Shown: piece after piece, positions 22,043 through 31,960 of the stretch
Numbering within the stretch: the stretch's first letter is position 1
How the letters are laid out: each line of letters starts with the position of its first letter
Assembly: GCA_023254095.1 (NCBI GenBank)
Contig: JALNLM010000001.1
Coordinates: 128,001-192,000 of the forward strand
Length of the DNA stretch: 64,000 nt
From: Candidatus Geocrenenecus huangii
GTDB lineage: Archaea; Thermoproteota; Nitrososphaeria_A; Caldarchaeales; Wolframiiraptoraceae
Direction: 5' to 3'
Position numbers and translations under genes: made by a program
The notes under the pieces: model-generated
The model's database searches: none
The model's input: only the letters and a program-made list of their open reading frames with translations
What the model was told of the DNA's origin: nothing

Positions 22043-23155
22043 TCACGATTCCCCGATTATTCCTTTAATGAGGTACAGGTAAAGTAATGCTATGAAGATC
22101 GCTGTAAAGAAAAGTATAGCTGATACTCCTGACAGTATCAAGGATGGTTCTATGAAAAGCAGTCTATTTATGAATATTTCCACGGGCACCCCTGTATCGC
22201 CTACTATAACCATGTATGGTAGCCTACCGATATCGTGTGCTATCTCTCCAAATACTAGTGCGGCTATAGATAGAGGGGCAAGAATATATGCTGTCCACCT
22301 CCTAGAAGGTTGATAATAATGGACTATCCCGAGGACCAAGATCAGAATTGATAGTAGAACCATTCCGAGGAAAAAGTATGAAACATCCGTTGATGGGTAT
22401 TGGGTAGGTAGAAATGATCTTGTTAAGCTGGCGAATAGGTACGGTGAGTGAAAGCTCAGCGTACTCCAGAACCAGAATCCTGCTAATCCTTGAGGTACTA
22501 TCATCAAGCCTCCGATAAGGCTAGCGTACCCACTCCATCTTTCAACTGTTTTATCAATCTTCGACGACCATGCTAAGCCAGCTGAAGCGGCTAGGAACCC
22601 TATGGATAACGCTCCGAAAAATGTATGTAGTAGAAGTGGAGGATAGAGGGGGTTCATTAAAGCTTCTATAATGTTCCCAGAAATCGGGTTTAAGCTAGTT
22701 AAGCCGACGGGACTGCTTATGAATGCGAAAATATATCTAAACCCTGCGGGGATCATTAATCCTGAGAAGGCCATGACGAGCCCTACGGCGAGATGTATTC
22801 TCGCTCCAACTCTATCCCAAGTATACCAGTAGGCAGCTATAGATGTTAATCTAAGTATTATACCAATGATACTTATTAGTAGGGGGATGAATAGGATTAT
22901 CGTTGCGATGTTTACCAGCGTGGGCCAGAATCCAGCCAAAACAACGGTTATCATAGTTCCGTAGACGCCTGAAACGACCTCCGTTGCAACGAGAAACTTG
23001 AAGACTTTTCTAGAAGGCTTAGCTGCCTCAGTATTTGAAATTGACCTCCATCTAAGAATTACACTGTAGAATCCTAAACCGATGTTTATGTTTACGAACG
23101 TTAAATGGATCAGCAATATTACTCCTAGAACCATTAAAGGTAAAGTTACATCCAT
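22043..23155 (-). CDS. cydA': Cytochrome bd oxidase CydA' (subunit I paralog acting as second subunit)
   Basis: CydA-like HLTFVNINIG, GVYGT, LHT, HDIGRLPY; not CydB-like; abuts the upstream cydA. Confidence 0.8.
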   Translation of the reverse strand: MDVTLPLMVLGVILLIHLTFVNINIGLGFYSVILRWRSISNTEAAKPSRKVFKFLVATEVVSGVYGTMITVVLAGFWPTLVNIATIILFIPLLISIIGIILRLTSIAAYWYTWDRVGARIHLAVGLVMAFSGLMIPAGFRYIFAFISSPVGLTSLNPISGNIIEALMNPLYPPLLLHTFFGALSIGFLAASAGLAWSSKIDKTVERWSGYASLIGGLMIVPQGLAGFWFWSTLSFHSPYLFASLTRSFLPTQYPSTDVSYFFLGMVLLSILILVLGIVHYYQPSRRWTAYILAPLSIAALVFGEIAHDIGRLPYMVIVGDTGVPVEIFINRLLFIEPSLILSGVSAILFFTAIFIALLYLYLIKGIIGES

Positions 23156-24651
23156 TATCCCTCACCTATCTTTAGGAATTTCGGAGGCTTCTTCAAAACT
23201 AGGTATATTGTTGTAAAGGTTATGATGAGCCCTAACAGTAGTCCACCGATTATGGTCAAAACTATCTCTAATCCTATTGGATTCGGTGTAACGAGTTCTT
23301 CTGGATAAAGTAAGCCATATACTGTCCAGGGTTTTCTACCAATCTCTCTTACCGCCCATCCAAGCCCTGCCAATGCGGGAGCGATAAAGAACATAGCAAG
23401 CCCACCATAGAACAGTATTCTTTCTCTCCCATGCCAGAACTTCCTGAAAACGAATGAGCTTATGATTATTAGCGAGATTATTAGGGATAACGCTGCTAAA
23501 CTGATCTTAACTTCGTAGAGAGTTTTCACTAATGGAAGCTTCTCAAAAGCTTTCAGGGTATCCATTACAGCTATTTCTTTAACTGGCATACCGCCTATCC
23601 TGAGGTTCGGGGTTGGATGATTCTCAGAGACCTGCATGAAATAGTCAAATCCTTTGAACACGTAATTCGGGTCCCCGAAGATCGTTAACCCCGCTGGAAG
23701 ATATGGCCCAGATTTCTCTAGGCCAGCTATCATAGCGAATTTAGTTGGCTGGTAGAGGTATACCATTAAACCTTGCTCATGGCCTTCTATTCCTTGGATG
23801 ATTAGCAGGATCGAGCCTATTAAAGCAACCGTCTTAAACAATTTTAGATAATAGTCTCTTTTCTCTTTCATCCTCAATCCATTATATGCAAGTGCTCCTG
23901 CTATCCAGAATACTCCCACTATCGTTGTAGCGAGAAGTTGATGTATTATGCTCGTTAAAGCATAAGGGCTGGTTAAAGATACCCATGGATCTTTTAACAA
24001 CTCACCGTAAGAATTGGTTAACATGTTCAGTATAGTTGGGTTAACTAGAGGTGCTCCAGAACTTGCCCATCTGGTTACTAATGCTTCCTTAACAGACAAT
24101 AAGAAATCTGCATTTACTAGTAATGGACCATATATGGGAGCCCATGGATAGATTTTATTGATTATTTCTCCAGTCCCCCATGGTGCTTGCATCCAAGAAT
24201 TTACAGAGGTTATTAATGCTCCTGACAACAAGGCACCTCCAGTGTAGGTTACCGTTATTATCCAATGTGTCCAAGGATTCTTGAACTTGTCCCATGTATA
24301 AAGTAGTGCGATAAGTAGCGTTGCTTCGATTGTGAAAGCTACCAACTCTAAGAAGAGTGGAGTGAAGAAGAATGACCCGATAGCCAGTATTACACCATTC
24401 CATACCTGTACGAGTCCGAACTCCACTAGCGTCCCCGTCGCCGCTCCAAATACGAACGCAACTACTATAACTATGGATATTTGTTTAGCAAGGCTAATGA
24501 AGGCAGAATCTTTCTTCTTTAAACCTAGAAACTCAATTATAGTTAATGTAATAGAGAAACCTATAACTATGGCGACAGTTATTGAGTGAATGTAGATCCC
24601 TAATGCAGATAGATCGAGTATTCCTCTTAGACCCGTTCCAAGACTATTCAT
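23155..24651 (-). CDS. cydA: Cytochrome bd quinol oxidase subunit I
   Basis: H..(heme), GAATGTLVEF, NSWMQ.P, IIHQ, QPTKFAM, GWAVREIGRKPW; start moved to ATG 24651, which follows a GGTGA RBS. Confidence 0.9.
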   Translation of the reverse strand: MNSLGTGLRGILDLSALGIYIHSITVAIVIGFSITLTIIEFLGLKKKDSAFISLAKQISIVIVVAFVFGAATGTLVEFGLVQVWNGVILAIGSFFFTPLFLELVAFTIEATLLIALLYTWDKFKNPWTHWIITVTYTGGALLSGALITSVNSWMQAPWGTGEIINKIYPWAPIYGPLLVNADFLLSVKEALVTRWASSGAPLVNPTILNMLTNSYGELLKDPWVSLTSPYALTSIIHQLLATTIVGVFWIAGALAYNGLRMKEKRDYYLKLFKTVALIGSILLIIQGIEGHEQGLMVYLYQPTKFAMIAGLEKSGPYLPAGLTIFGDPNYVFKGFDYFMQVSENHPTPNLRIGGMPVKEIAVMDTLKAFEKLPLVKTLYEVKISLAALSLIISLIIISSFVFRKFWHGRERILFYGGLAMFFIAPALAGLGWAVREIGRKPWTVYGLLYPEELVTPNPIGLEIVLTIIGGLLLGLIITFTTIYLVLKKPPKFLKIGEG

Positions 24652-24708
24652 ATTTTTCACCCTGCCGATTTCATACTTCTTCCAAGTTACAGGATTAATA
24701 AGACTTAT

Positions 24709-24723
24709 GTTCGAACTTCGAAC
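24709..24723. promoter_or_regulatory. Palindromic operator GTTCG-N5-CGAAC upstream of cydAA'
   Basis: gttcg aactt cgaac, next to a TTTAATTTA TATA-like element (minus strand, 24727-35); same palindrome at 25532-46. Confidence 0.6.
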
Positions 24724-24808
24724 CATAAATTAAACCGAGTTTGTATACGTGTAAGGACATTCGAAAAAATAGAAGGATGGCATAGTCGTATGGCACATGT
24801 TCTCTGGA

Positions 24809-25471
24809 TTACTGCTTTTCAGGTTCCTTGTATACAAACCACCAATCGTATCCTTTGTACTGCGTTAATCTTTCTTCAGCTGTTTTCTCATCTGTCGCCG
24901 GTGGAACTATTACTTTGTCTCCTACGAGCTCATTATTTGGCCAGTTTGCTGGAATCGCTGCTTTAGATTTATCTGCTATCTGGAGTCCTCTGACAGCTCT
25001 TATTATCTCATCTATGTTTCTTCCAAGCTCTGGTGGGTAGTAGTATATCGCTCTAAGGATCCCCTCGGGATCAATTATGAAGACTGCCCTAACAGTGTTT
25101 GTTCCCTTTTTCGGGTGAACCATACCAAGCATTCCAGCAATCTTTCCCATGTCGTCAGCGATTACAGGAAACTCAATAGTTAAGTTAAGTTTCTCCTTGA
25201 TCCATTTAATCCATTGTATATGGCTGAAAACCTGGTCTATGCTAAGACCAATAAGTTCACAGTTTAGTTTCTTGAATTCATCATACCTTTTCTGGAATGC
25301 GTAGAACTCGGTTGTACAGACAGGGGTGAAGTCGGCTGGATGAGAAAACAATACAACCCATTTTCCTTTATAGTCTTCTGGGAAATTGATTACGCCCTTG
25401 GTCGTTCTAGCTTTAAAGCTCGGCATCTTATCTCCTATCATAGGAATTTTTCCCAACTCTACCGCTTCCAT
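24809..25471 (-). CDS. Peroxiredoxin (Prx6/archaeal type)
   Basis: [14 protein letters not shown] peroxidatic motif; GRNIDEI; C-terminal DWWF without neighbouring Cys. Confidence 0.93.
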   Translation of the reverse strand: MEAVELGKIPMIGDKMPSFKARTTKGVINFPEDYKGKWVVLFSHPADFTPVCTTEFYAFQKRYDEFKKLNCELIGLSIDQVFSHIQWIKWIKEKLNLTIEFPVIADDMGKIAGMLGMVHPKKGTNTVRAVFIIDPEGILRAIYYYPPELGRNIDEIIRAVRGLQIADKSKAAIPANWPNNELVGDKVIVPPATDEKTAEERLTQYKGYDWWFVYKEPEKQ

Positions 25472-25528
25472 TCTCCTACTGCCCCCGGTTCTTTATTATT
25501 TATTAAATGGCTCGATTATTAATATTTT

Positions 25529-25951
25529 ATGGTTCGACTTACGAACATCGAACTAATAAAAGAGTTATTAGTAGATTCTAGAAGATCCTATGTCGAATTA
25601 GCGAAAAGATTTGGTGTAACAGAAGCAGCAATAAGAAAAAGAATAAAGAAATTAGAATCCGAGAAGATTATAAAACGATTTACTATCGAGGTTGATTTGA
25701 AGAAGCTTGGATTCGAGATTCATACGCTTATAGGCTTAGATGCTTCTCCCGAGAAGCTTGTCCAGGTACTTGAAGAATTACAGAGGATGGAAGAAGTCGC
25801 AGGACTCTATACTTCATCCGGAGACCACATGATATTGATGGAATGCTGGTTCAAGAATATGAATCAACTATCGGAATTCGTAAAGAGGCTGGAGAAGCTG
25901 GATGGAGTAACAAGAATCTGTCCAGCAATTATCTTAGAGAAGATCAAGTAG
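25529..25951 (+). CDS. Lrp/AsnC-family regulator (LrpA-like)
   Basis: HTH ELAKRFGVTEAAIRKRIKKLE; LYTSSGDHM; C-terminal CPAIILEKIK as in Thermococcales LrpA-type proteins. Confidence 0.92.
   Translation: MVRLTNIELIKELLVDSRRSYVELAKRFGVTEAAIRKRIKKLESEKIIKRFTIEVDLKKLGFEIHTLIGLDASPEKLVQVLEELQRMEEVAGLYTSSGDHMILMECWFKNMNQLSEFVKRLEKLDGVTRICPAIILEKIK
25532..25546. promoter_or_regulatory. Palindromic operator GTTCG-N5-CGAAC overlapping the first codons of the Lrp gene
   Basis: gttcg actta cgaac, 3 nt after the first base of the ATG; matches 24709-23. Confidence 0.55.
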
Positions 25952-25984
25952 ACTTCCACGTAATTAGTTTACGAAGACATTGAT

Positions 25985-27418
25985 CTAAATGACCGGGATC
26001 AACCTTGGTATTAGATCTTCTTCGGATGGTTCAACGATGAAGAATCGTGTACGAGGCTTGACCCCATAAAGAATAACTCTACCATGTTTCTTAGTTATCT
26101 TAATATGAGAATCAGATAAGGGTGCAAGCCTCTCAATGATCCATGGGTAGAGAGGCTTAGCAAGCAATATCGTCAATCCACCAATATTTCTTACTAGATT
26201 CGAGATACGGTATATCAGTTCTACAATAGCTTCACGCAACCTACTAGCTAATCTATCTATTCCGAGAGAGATTATTGGAGGGCCTTTACCTGCGGATAAG
26301 CTTCTTTCAACCACACCAAAAATCCTTTCAAAGACCTCCTCTGGGTCGAACATCGACATCTTTTCCACATTCTGAGGCAATTCTTCCTTTCTTTCAATAT
26401 CGATGAGAATAGTTAGATTGTCATTTATGAGTTCTTCTGGGATTTTAAAGATCTTAGCAAAATTAATTACGTCACGCCAATCAGTTCCTCCGGATAGAAT
26501 CATTATAACAGGTCTATTTCCTCTAATAATATTGGAAACAAGCATTGGCGAATACACTAATGCATACTCTTGAAGAGACACCCAAGGGTCGATTTCTAGT
26601 AGAATTGTTGTACCACCAGTAAATCCACCTATCTCTTTATCAAGGTCGGAGATTCCAGTAGAGAACCTTCCGGGAAGGTCCGGTGGCGTTACATATTTTC
26701 TACCTTCGTAAAATTCCTTTGTAATATTCAGTGGAGGATATGCCTCGAATCCTTTGTATAGACTTATACATGCTAATGGTTCTCTTATCTCTGAACCCCT
26801 CATCTTCAGTATATTTACTTCTCTCCAAAGCCTATCTTCAATAATTTCTCTTTTAAGGAATATTACACCGTCAGATATGAATTCTTCGAATCCGTATTCA
26901 TACACCTGCTCATTTGGGATTTCTTTTATCAAGATCGTCGTACACCCCATCTGTCTCGCAATCTTCGATAGTAAGGAATGAAGAAATACTCTAGCCTCAA
27001 ATGGGGATTTAAACATTTGGCTCATAGCTGTAAATGAATCTATTACAAGCCTCTTCGCACTCATAGACTCAACAGCGTCAACAATGTCTGCTACTGATAT
27101 ACTTACACCAGGCTCAAATAACGTTGGGATAGCCAAGTACTTGAATAATCCTCTATCTCTTAGACTACGGAAGTCCAAGCCGAAACCTAACATAAAATCA
27201 TAGAATCTTTCTTCATCTTCTAGGAGGGATGCATAAACACCTGGCTCATTATATTTTAGTATACCATTATAGATGAAGGCTCCGGCTAGAGCAGTCTTGC
27301 CTGTTCCAGGATTCCCTGAAACAGTTATAAGACCGCCACGTGGAAAACCCGTTATAATCTTGTCGAACCCCTCCACACCCGTCAGAACGACTTCATGGCT
27401 GGACATGGTTACCCCCAT
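25985..27418 (-). CDS. KaiC/RAD55-like ATPase with degenerate second (GvpD-like) P-loop domain
   Basis: GNPGTGKT, LVIDS, EEFISDGVIFL, ILKMRG; second domain starts STGISDLD but lacks Walker A. Confidence 0.88.
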   Translation of the reverse strand: MGVTMSSHEVVLTGVEGFDKIITGFPRGGLITVSGNPGTGKTALAGAFIYNGILKYNEPGVYASLLEDEERFYDFMLGFGLDFRSLRDRGLFKYLAIPTLFEPGVSISVADIVDAVESMSAKRLVIDSFTAMSQMFKSPFEARVFLHSLLSKIARQMGCTTILIKEIPNEQVYEYGFEEFISDGVIFLKREIIEDRLWREVNILKMRGSEIREPLACISLYKGFEAYPPLNITKEFYEGRKYVTPPDLPGRFSTGISDLDKEIGGFTGGTTILLEIDPWVSLQEYALVYSPMLVSNIIRGNRPVIMILSGGTDWRDVINFAKIFKIPEELINDNLTILIDIERKEELPQNVEKMSMFDPEEVFERIFGVVERSLSAGKGPPIISLGIDRLASRLREAIVELIYRISNLVRNIGGLTILLAKPLYPWIIERLAPLSDSHIKITKKHGRVILYGVKPRTRFFIVEPSEEDLIPRLIPVI

Positions 27419-27774
27419 TTAAAAACTCGTAAAAACCTCTTGTAGGATTCCTCATCATCGGATTTCATTAATTCTAGGAACTCCTCGGGAGAGACACCTA
27501 TCATCTTTCCTTCTTCTATAAGCTTCATGGCCAGGATCCTTAGAATGGCATCCGCACCCTTACCTAGGAAATTCTTGAGAGCATTATAAAAGATTGGGGG
27601 AGAGGATACGAGAACTTCATACATGTCATGTTGCAGACGTCTATTAAGATAATGTTCAAGAGCACTCAATCCAGCTGGACCTAACAATTCTCTAAAAGTA
27701 GACCTGAAAACCTCTTTAACATATGAGTCTATCCCCTCATTATTCTTTTCAGTCCAAGAAGCCTCTTTACCCAC
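27409..27774 (-). CDS. Small helical KaiC-associated protein (DUF3227-like)
   Basis: LLG......LEHYL, P..FY.AL...LGKGADAIL pattern; overlaps the KaiC start. Confidence 0.6.
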   Translation of the reverse strand: MGKEASWTEKNNEGIDSYVKEVFRSTFRELLGPAGLSALEHYLNRRLQHDMYEVLVSSPPIFYNALKNFLGKGADAILRILAMKLIEEGKMIGVSPEEFLELMKSDDEESYKRFLRVFKWG

Positions 27775-28137
27775 TTTAGTTCTACCTCTCCGGGAACCTC
27801 AGCCTTCCATGCAATATTTATACAGAGGAGTTAATATTCTTTTAAGATCTTTATCTCCACAGTATGAGAAACTTAACAATCATTCAGTAAACGCTTTCCA
27901 TCTATTTTTGGAGGATGTCAATAATTTTCAGGAATATTGTCTAGATAATCTAGGTTTGGTCTACTGATGAACTAGAGCAGATCTTAACATGTGAAGGAAT
28001 CTCTAAGCAATGATGGAAAAGAGAGCTAGGAACAACAAGATTATACATCAATAGACTATCCCGTTCATCCCAATGGATATTACTGCTCGTTGTCATGGAT
28101 TTCTTAGAAAGATAAATCCTTAATCGAAAAGAATTGA

Positions 28138-28198
28138 TTGGGTCGGCTCGGCTCTTCCTCCATCATCAATCAGTCTGGGGCAGCGGCCTCATCCCCAA
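28138..28198 (-). ncRNA. C/D box guide sRNA (dual guide)
   Basis: Minus strand: UUGG-GGAUGA(C)-GGCCGCUGCCCCAGA-CUGA(D')-U-UGAUGA(C')-UGGAGGAAGAGCCGAG-CCGA(D)-CCCAA with terminal stem; TTTAAG TATA ~23 nt upstream (28221-26). Confidence 0.85.
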
Positions 28199-28309
28199 CA
28201 CATTATCCCCATCACACTAGCTTAAAGGATTTACCCCATTCATGCCTTAGCAACCCTTCGCATGATATAAGTTTATGTAATAGATTCACACAAAAAATCT
28301 AGAAGAGTA

Positions 28310-28786
28310 TTGATAGAAGTATGCTTTACCTTGAATGGAAAGATGGTGAAAGTCCAGACAGAGCCGAATGCTACATTGCTTGATGTTCTTAGAGAAGAAC
28401 TAAGAATATCGAGTGTTAAGAGAGGATGCGAGGTTGGAGAATGCGGTGCATGCACCGTACTTATCGACGGGAAGCCTGTTAACAGCTGCTTGATACTTGC
28501 ACCAAAAGTCGAGGGGAGAAGTATACTCACGGTTGAAGGGCTAACGAGAAACGATGAACTCCACCCTCTCCAAGAATCATTCATAGAAGAATTCGCATTA
28601 CAATGTGGATACTGCACGCCTGGAGTACTATTAACGGCGAAGGCATTGTTAGACCTGAAACCTTCCCCTACGATAGAAGAGATAAAAGAAGCCCTATCTG
28701 GAAACATCTGTAGATGCGGAGCATACCAAGAAATAATAAATGCAATACTGAAGACGTCTAGGAAACTCCAGGGAAAATCAGATTAG
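28310..28786 (+). CDS. Molybdo-hydroxylase small [2Fe-2S] subunit (CoxS/XdhA-like)
   Basis: GCEVGECGAC, QCGYCTPG, NICRCGAY. Confidence 0.93.
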   Translation: MIEVCFTLNGKMVKVQTEPNATLLDVLREELRISSVKRGCEVGECGACTVLIDGKPVNSCLILAPKVEGRSILTVEGLTRNDELHPLQESFIEEFALQCGYCTPGVLLTAKALLDLKPSPTIEEIKEALSGNICRCGAYQEIINAILKTSRKLQGKSD

Positions 28787-28791
28787 AAGCT

Positions 28792-29427
28792 ATGACAGAA
28801 TATGAGTATGTGAAGAAGATGAGTAAGAAGAATAAGATTGCATTAATAATACTAGCAGCAGGAAAATCCACGAGATTTCCAGGAAATAAGCTTTTAGCAA
28901 AAATAAACAATGAATCCATGATTGAGAAAGTAGTTAAGACAGGGTTGAACTCCAAAGCCGACAACATCCTGATCGTAGTTGGACACGAAGCTGAAAAAAT
29001 ATCGAAATCGCTTGAAAATATAAGAGATGCAAGAATACAAGTAATCTATAACCCAAGATATGAAGAAGGTCAGAGCAGTTCTGTAAAGACTGGTGTTGAG
29101 TACGTCGTAGGTAAGGCAGACGCAGTAATGATCCTTCCAGCCGACGTACCATTCATTACTCCGGAAGACATAGATAGACTTATAGAAGTATATGAGATAA
29201 CCAATTCAACAATTGTTGTTGCATCATATAGAGGGAGACATGGACACCCAATACTCTTCTCAAGCAAGCTCTTCAACGAGTTAATGATGATAACGGAAGA
29301 AAAACATGGTCTTAAAGAGGTCATAGAAAAACATAGAGAAGAGATAGTCGAGGCGGAATCAAGTCCATTCACATTAATAGATATAGATACACAAGAAGAC
29401 CTTGAGAAAATCTTGAAGATGTACTAG
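28792..29427 (+). CDS. mocA: Molybdenum cofactor cytidylyltransferase (MocA-like)
   Basis: ILAAGKSTRF..NKLL, NP.YEEGQSSS, ADVP, GHPILF, DIDT. Confidence 0.85.
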   Translation: MTEYEYVKKMSKKNKIALIILAAGKSTRFPGNKLLAKINNESMIEKVVKTGLNSKADNILIVVGHEAEKISKSLENIRDARIQVIYNPRYEEGQSSSVKTGVEYVVGKADAVMILPADVPFITPEDIDRLIEVYEITNSTIVVASYRGRHGHPILFSSKLFNELMMITEEKHGLKEVIEKHREEIVEAESSPFTLIDIDTQEDLEKILKMY

Positions 29428-29568
29428 AGAAACGAAGACCTCTAAAAAGTTCCCCATATTTACATCTTTACCTAATACCTAATACCCCATTACTAGAGAT
29501 CTCGAGTAAAACAATGGTGGATGAAGTAGTTAGCTAAGACTAATAAGGTTCTTAATTTACTCAGATAG

Positions 29569-31944
29569 TTGAGCTTCATGAGTTTCTACGCTATCGGTAA
29601 GAGGACTGCTAGAAAAGACTCAGTAGCAAAAGTCACTGGCTGGGAGAAGTATGCCTCAGACATATATCTTCCAAACATGCTTCATGCAAGAGTCCTAAAG
29701 AGCCCTTTCCCCCACGCTATAGTAAAAAAGATCGATACGAGTAGAGCGGAGGAGATGGGGGCCATAGTAGTGACCTTCAAGGATGTACCTGACAAATTAT
29801 TCTGTCCAAGACTTGTAAGCACACCCGATGCAACATACAAGGATTGGAAAGTATTAACAGATAAACCGAAATTCGTTGGAGAACCTATAGCTGCCGTCGC
29901 AGCCGAGACAGAAGAACTAGCACAAATAGCTTTAGAGTCCATCAATGTTGAATATGAATTACTTGAGCCTGTATTCGATGCCCTAGAATCGATGAAAGAA
30001 GGAAAACCAAGGATTCATGACAAGATCATGTTGAATGACAAGATCATAGATATAGAGAACAATGTTGCCTGTAGATTAGAGCTTCAGGAAGGAGACCTAG
30101 AAGAAGCATTCAAGAGATCAGATATAATTATCGAGAGGGAGTTCAGAACGAGTAGAGGATATCACAACCAGCTTGAACCCAAGGTCGCTGTAGTTAACCC
30201 TGAGCCGGACGGAGGCTTAACGATATGGTGTACGACCCAGACCATCCATAACACGAGACTACTGATTAGCGAGATCTTCAACATACCTGTAAGCAAGATC
30301 AATGTCAAGAAACTCGCTCTAGGAGGAGGATTCGGCTCAAGCATACAGACAAACATTGTTGTCCCTATAGCTGTGGCGCTAGCGCTTAAGGCCCGTAGAC
30401 CCGTTAGACTAGCATATACAAAGGAAGAAGACATGCATGAGCATAGCAGCTACCAGATGATCTTCAGATTAAAGATAGGGGTAACGAGAGATGGAAAACT
30501 CACAGGAGGATTCATGGAGAACATAATGGATATAGGTGCACACCAGATCCAGGCCTACCCATTACTTGGAACATGCGCTGGATGGTGGGTATCCTTATAC
30601 AAGCTTCAAGCAATAAAATATGTAGGTGTAGCGATCTACACGAACAAGATACCTTCATGCGCATACAGGGGATACGGCAACCCCCAGGTAACATGGGCCG
30701 TAGAAACGATTATGGATGAGCTGGCGGAAATGCTTGGAATGGATCCCATCGAGTTTAGGCTCAAAAACTATGTAGGCGAAAGAGACCTATTCTGGGGTCA
30801 GGGACCAACAGTAAAATCAATCATCAAGAGCTGCGGAGTAGAGGAAATACTGAAGAAGGGATCCGAATTGATAGGTTGGAAGAATAGACCTAAGCCTGGA
30901 GAACAGAAAGGTAGATTCAGAAGGGGGATAGGGATGGCGAGAGGATACCATACGTCGAGCGCAGGAGCGCCTATACCAAGTCAAGTGATCGATTATTCTG
31001 GAGCAATCCTAAAAGTAAACGAAGATGGGACAGTAGACTACATTACTGGTCTGGTCGATCAGGGTGGAGGGACATTAGAAGCTCATGCAAAAATAATAGC
31101 TGAGGAGCTCGGTTTACCATTAAAGAATGTAAACATTGTTGCCGCGGACTCGCAGACAACGATATACGATGTATGTACACATGCCTCTAGAGGAGTATAT
31201 GCTGGAGGGGGAGCAGCATTAAATGTTGCAAGACAAGTTAAAGAAAAAATATTCAAGTTGGCTTCAACGATCTTAAACGCTTACCCGCATACGTTGAGGA
31301 TACGACCAGATGAAGAGAGGGGTCAAGCAGTAATATACGTTGAGGGGCTACCTGGGAAAGAGATAACGCTCGGAGAGCTTGCAACCCTTGCTAGAATAAA
31401 GAATCTGGGAACGATCGCTGCAGTAGACAGTTTTAGACCTCCAGCCTGCCCACCACACTTTACAGGATACTTTGTTGAAGTATTAGTTGATACAGAGACA
31501 GGCATCGTGAAACCTTTAAAGGTAGTGATAGGCGCGGATGTCGGGACAGTAATAAATCCAGACCTCGCGGAAGGACAGCTCCACGGCGGCTTCATCATGG
31601 GTTGGAGTAGAGCCATTCTCGAAGATTTAAAATACAATGAGGAGATTGGAGATATAGAATGTAGGGGATTCATAATCGATTATAAGATGCCTACTGCTGC
31701 AGACATACCAGAAGAGATCAAGACATTCTTTGTAGAAACCTATGAGCCTACAGGACCCTTCGGAGCAAAAGGTTTAGGTGAGGGGGCGCAGAACCCCGCC
31801 ATAGCAGCAATATCTAACGCAATCTATAATGCGACAGGAGTAAGATTTTACGAGTTGCCGATAACCCCTGAGAAACTACTAGAGAAATTAAAAGAAAAAG
31901 AGGGTAGAAAACTTGCTGTGGAGGATGCTGTAAAGCTAACATGA
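29569..31944 (+). CDS. Xanthine dehydrogenase/aldehyde oxidoreductase-family molybdopterin-binding large subunit
   Basis: LGGGFG, AYRGYGNPQ, DVGTVINP, GQLHGG, GPFGAKGLGE. Confidence 0.92.
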   Translation: MSFMSFYAIGKRTARKDSVAKVTGWEKYASDIYLPNMLHARVLKSPFPHAIVKKIDTSRAEEMGAIVVTFKDVPDKLFCPRLVSTPDATYKDWKVLTDKPKFVGEPIAAVAAETEELAQIALESINVEYELLEPVFDALESMKEGKPRIHDKIMLNDKIIDIENNVACRLELQEGDLEEAFKRSDIIIEREFRTSRGYHNQLEPKVAVVNPEPDGGLTIWCTTQTIHNTRLLISEIFNIPVSKINVKKLALGGGFGSSIQTNIVVPIAVALALKARRPVRLAYTKEEDMHEHSSYQMIFRLKIGVTRDGKLTGGFMENIMDIGAHQIQAYPLLGTCAGWWVSLYKLQAIKYVGVAIYTNKIPSCAYRGYGNPQVTWAVETIMDELAEMLGMDPIEFRLKNYVGERDLFWGQGPTVKSIIKSCGVEEILKKGSELIGWKNRPKPGEQKGRFRRGIGMARGYHTSSAGAPIPSQVIDYSGAILKVNEDGTVDYITGLVDQGGGTLEAHAKIIAEELGLPLKNVNIVAADSQTTIYDVCTHASRGVYAGGGAALNVARQVKEKIFKLASTILNAYPHTLRIRPDEERGQAVIYVEGLPGKEITLGELATLARIKNLGTIAAVDSFRPPACPPHFTGYFVEVLVDTETGIVKPLKVVIGADVGTVINPDLAEGQLHGGFIMGWSRAILEDLKYNEEIGDIECRGFIIDYKMPTAADIPEEIKTFFVETYEPTGPFGAKGLGEGAQNPAIAAISNAIYNATGVRFYELPITPEKLLEKLKEKEGRKLAVEDAVKLT

Positions 31945-31960
31945 AAGCAGAGGTGGTTTA

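Noticed and set aside
24652-24726. 25-aa N-terminal extension of CydA in the ORF track
   Set aside because: A GGTGA RBS precedes ATG 24651, and the extension covers the TATA-proximal palindrome
29569-31944. Aerobic CO dehydrogenase form I call for either large subunit
   Set aside because: Active-site loops are AYRGYG and SFRGFG, not AYxCSFR; substrate cannot be assigned
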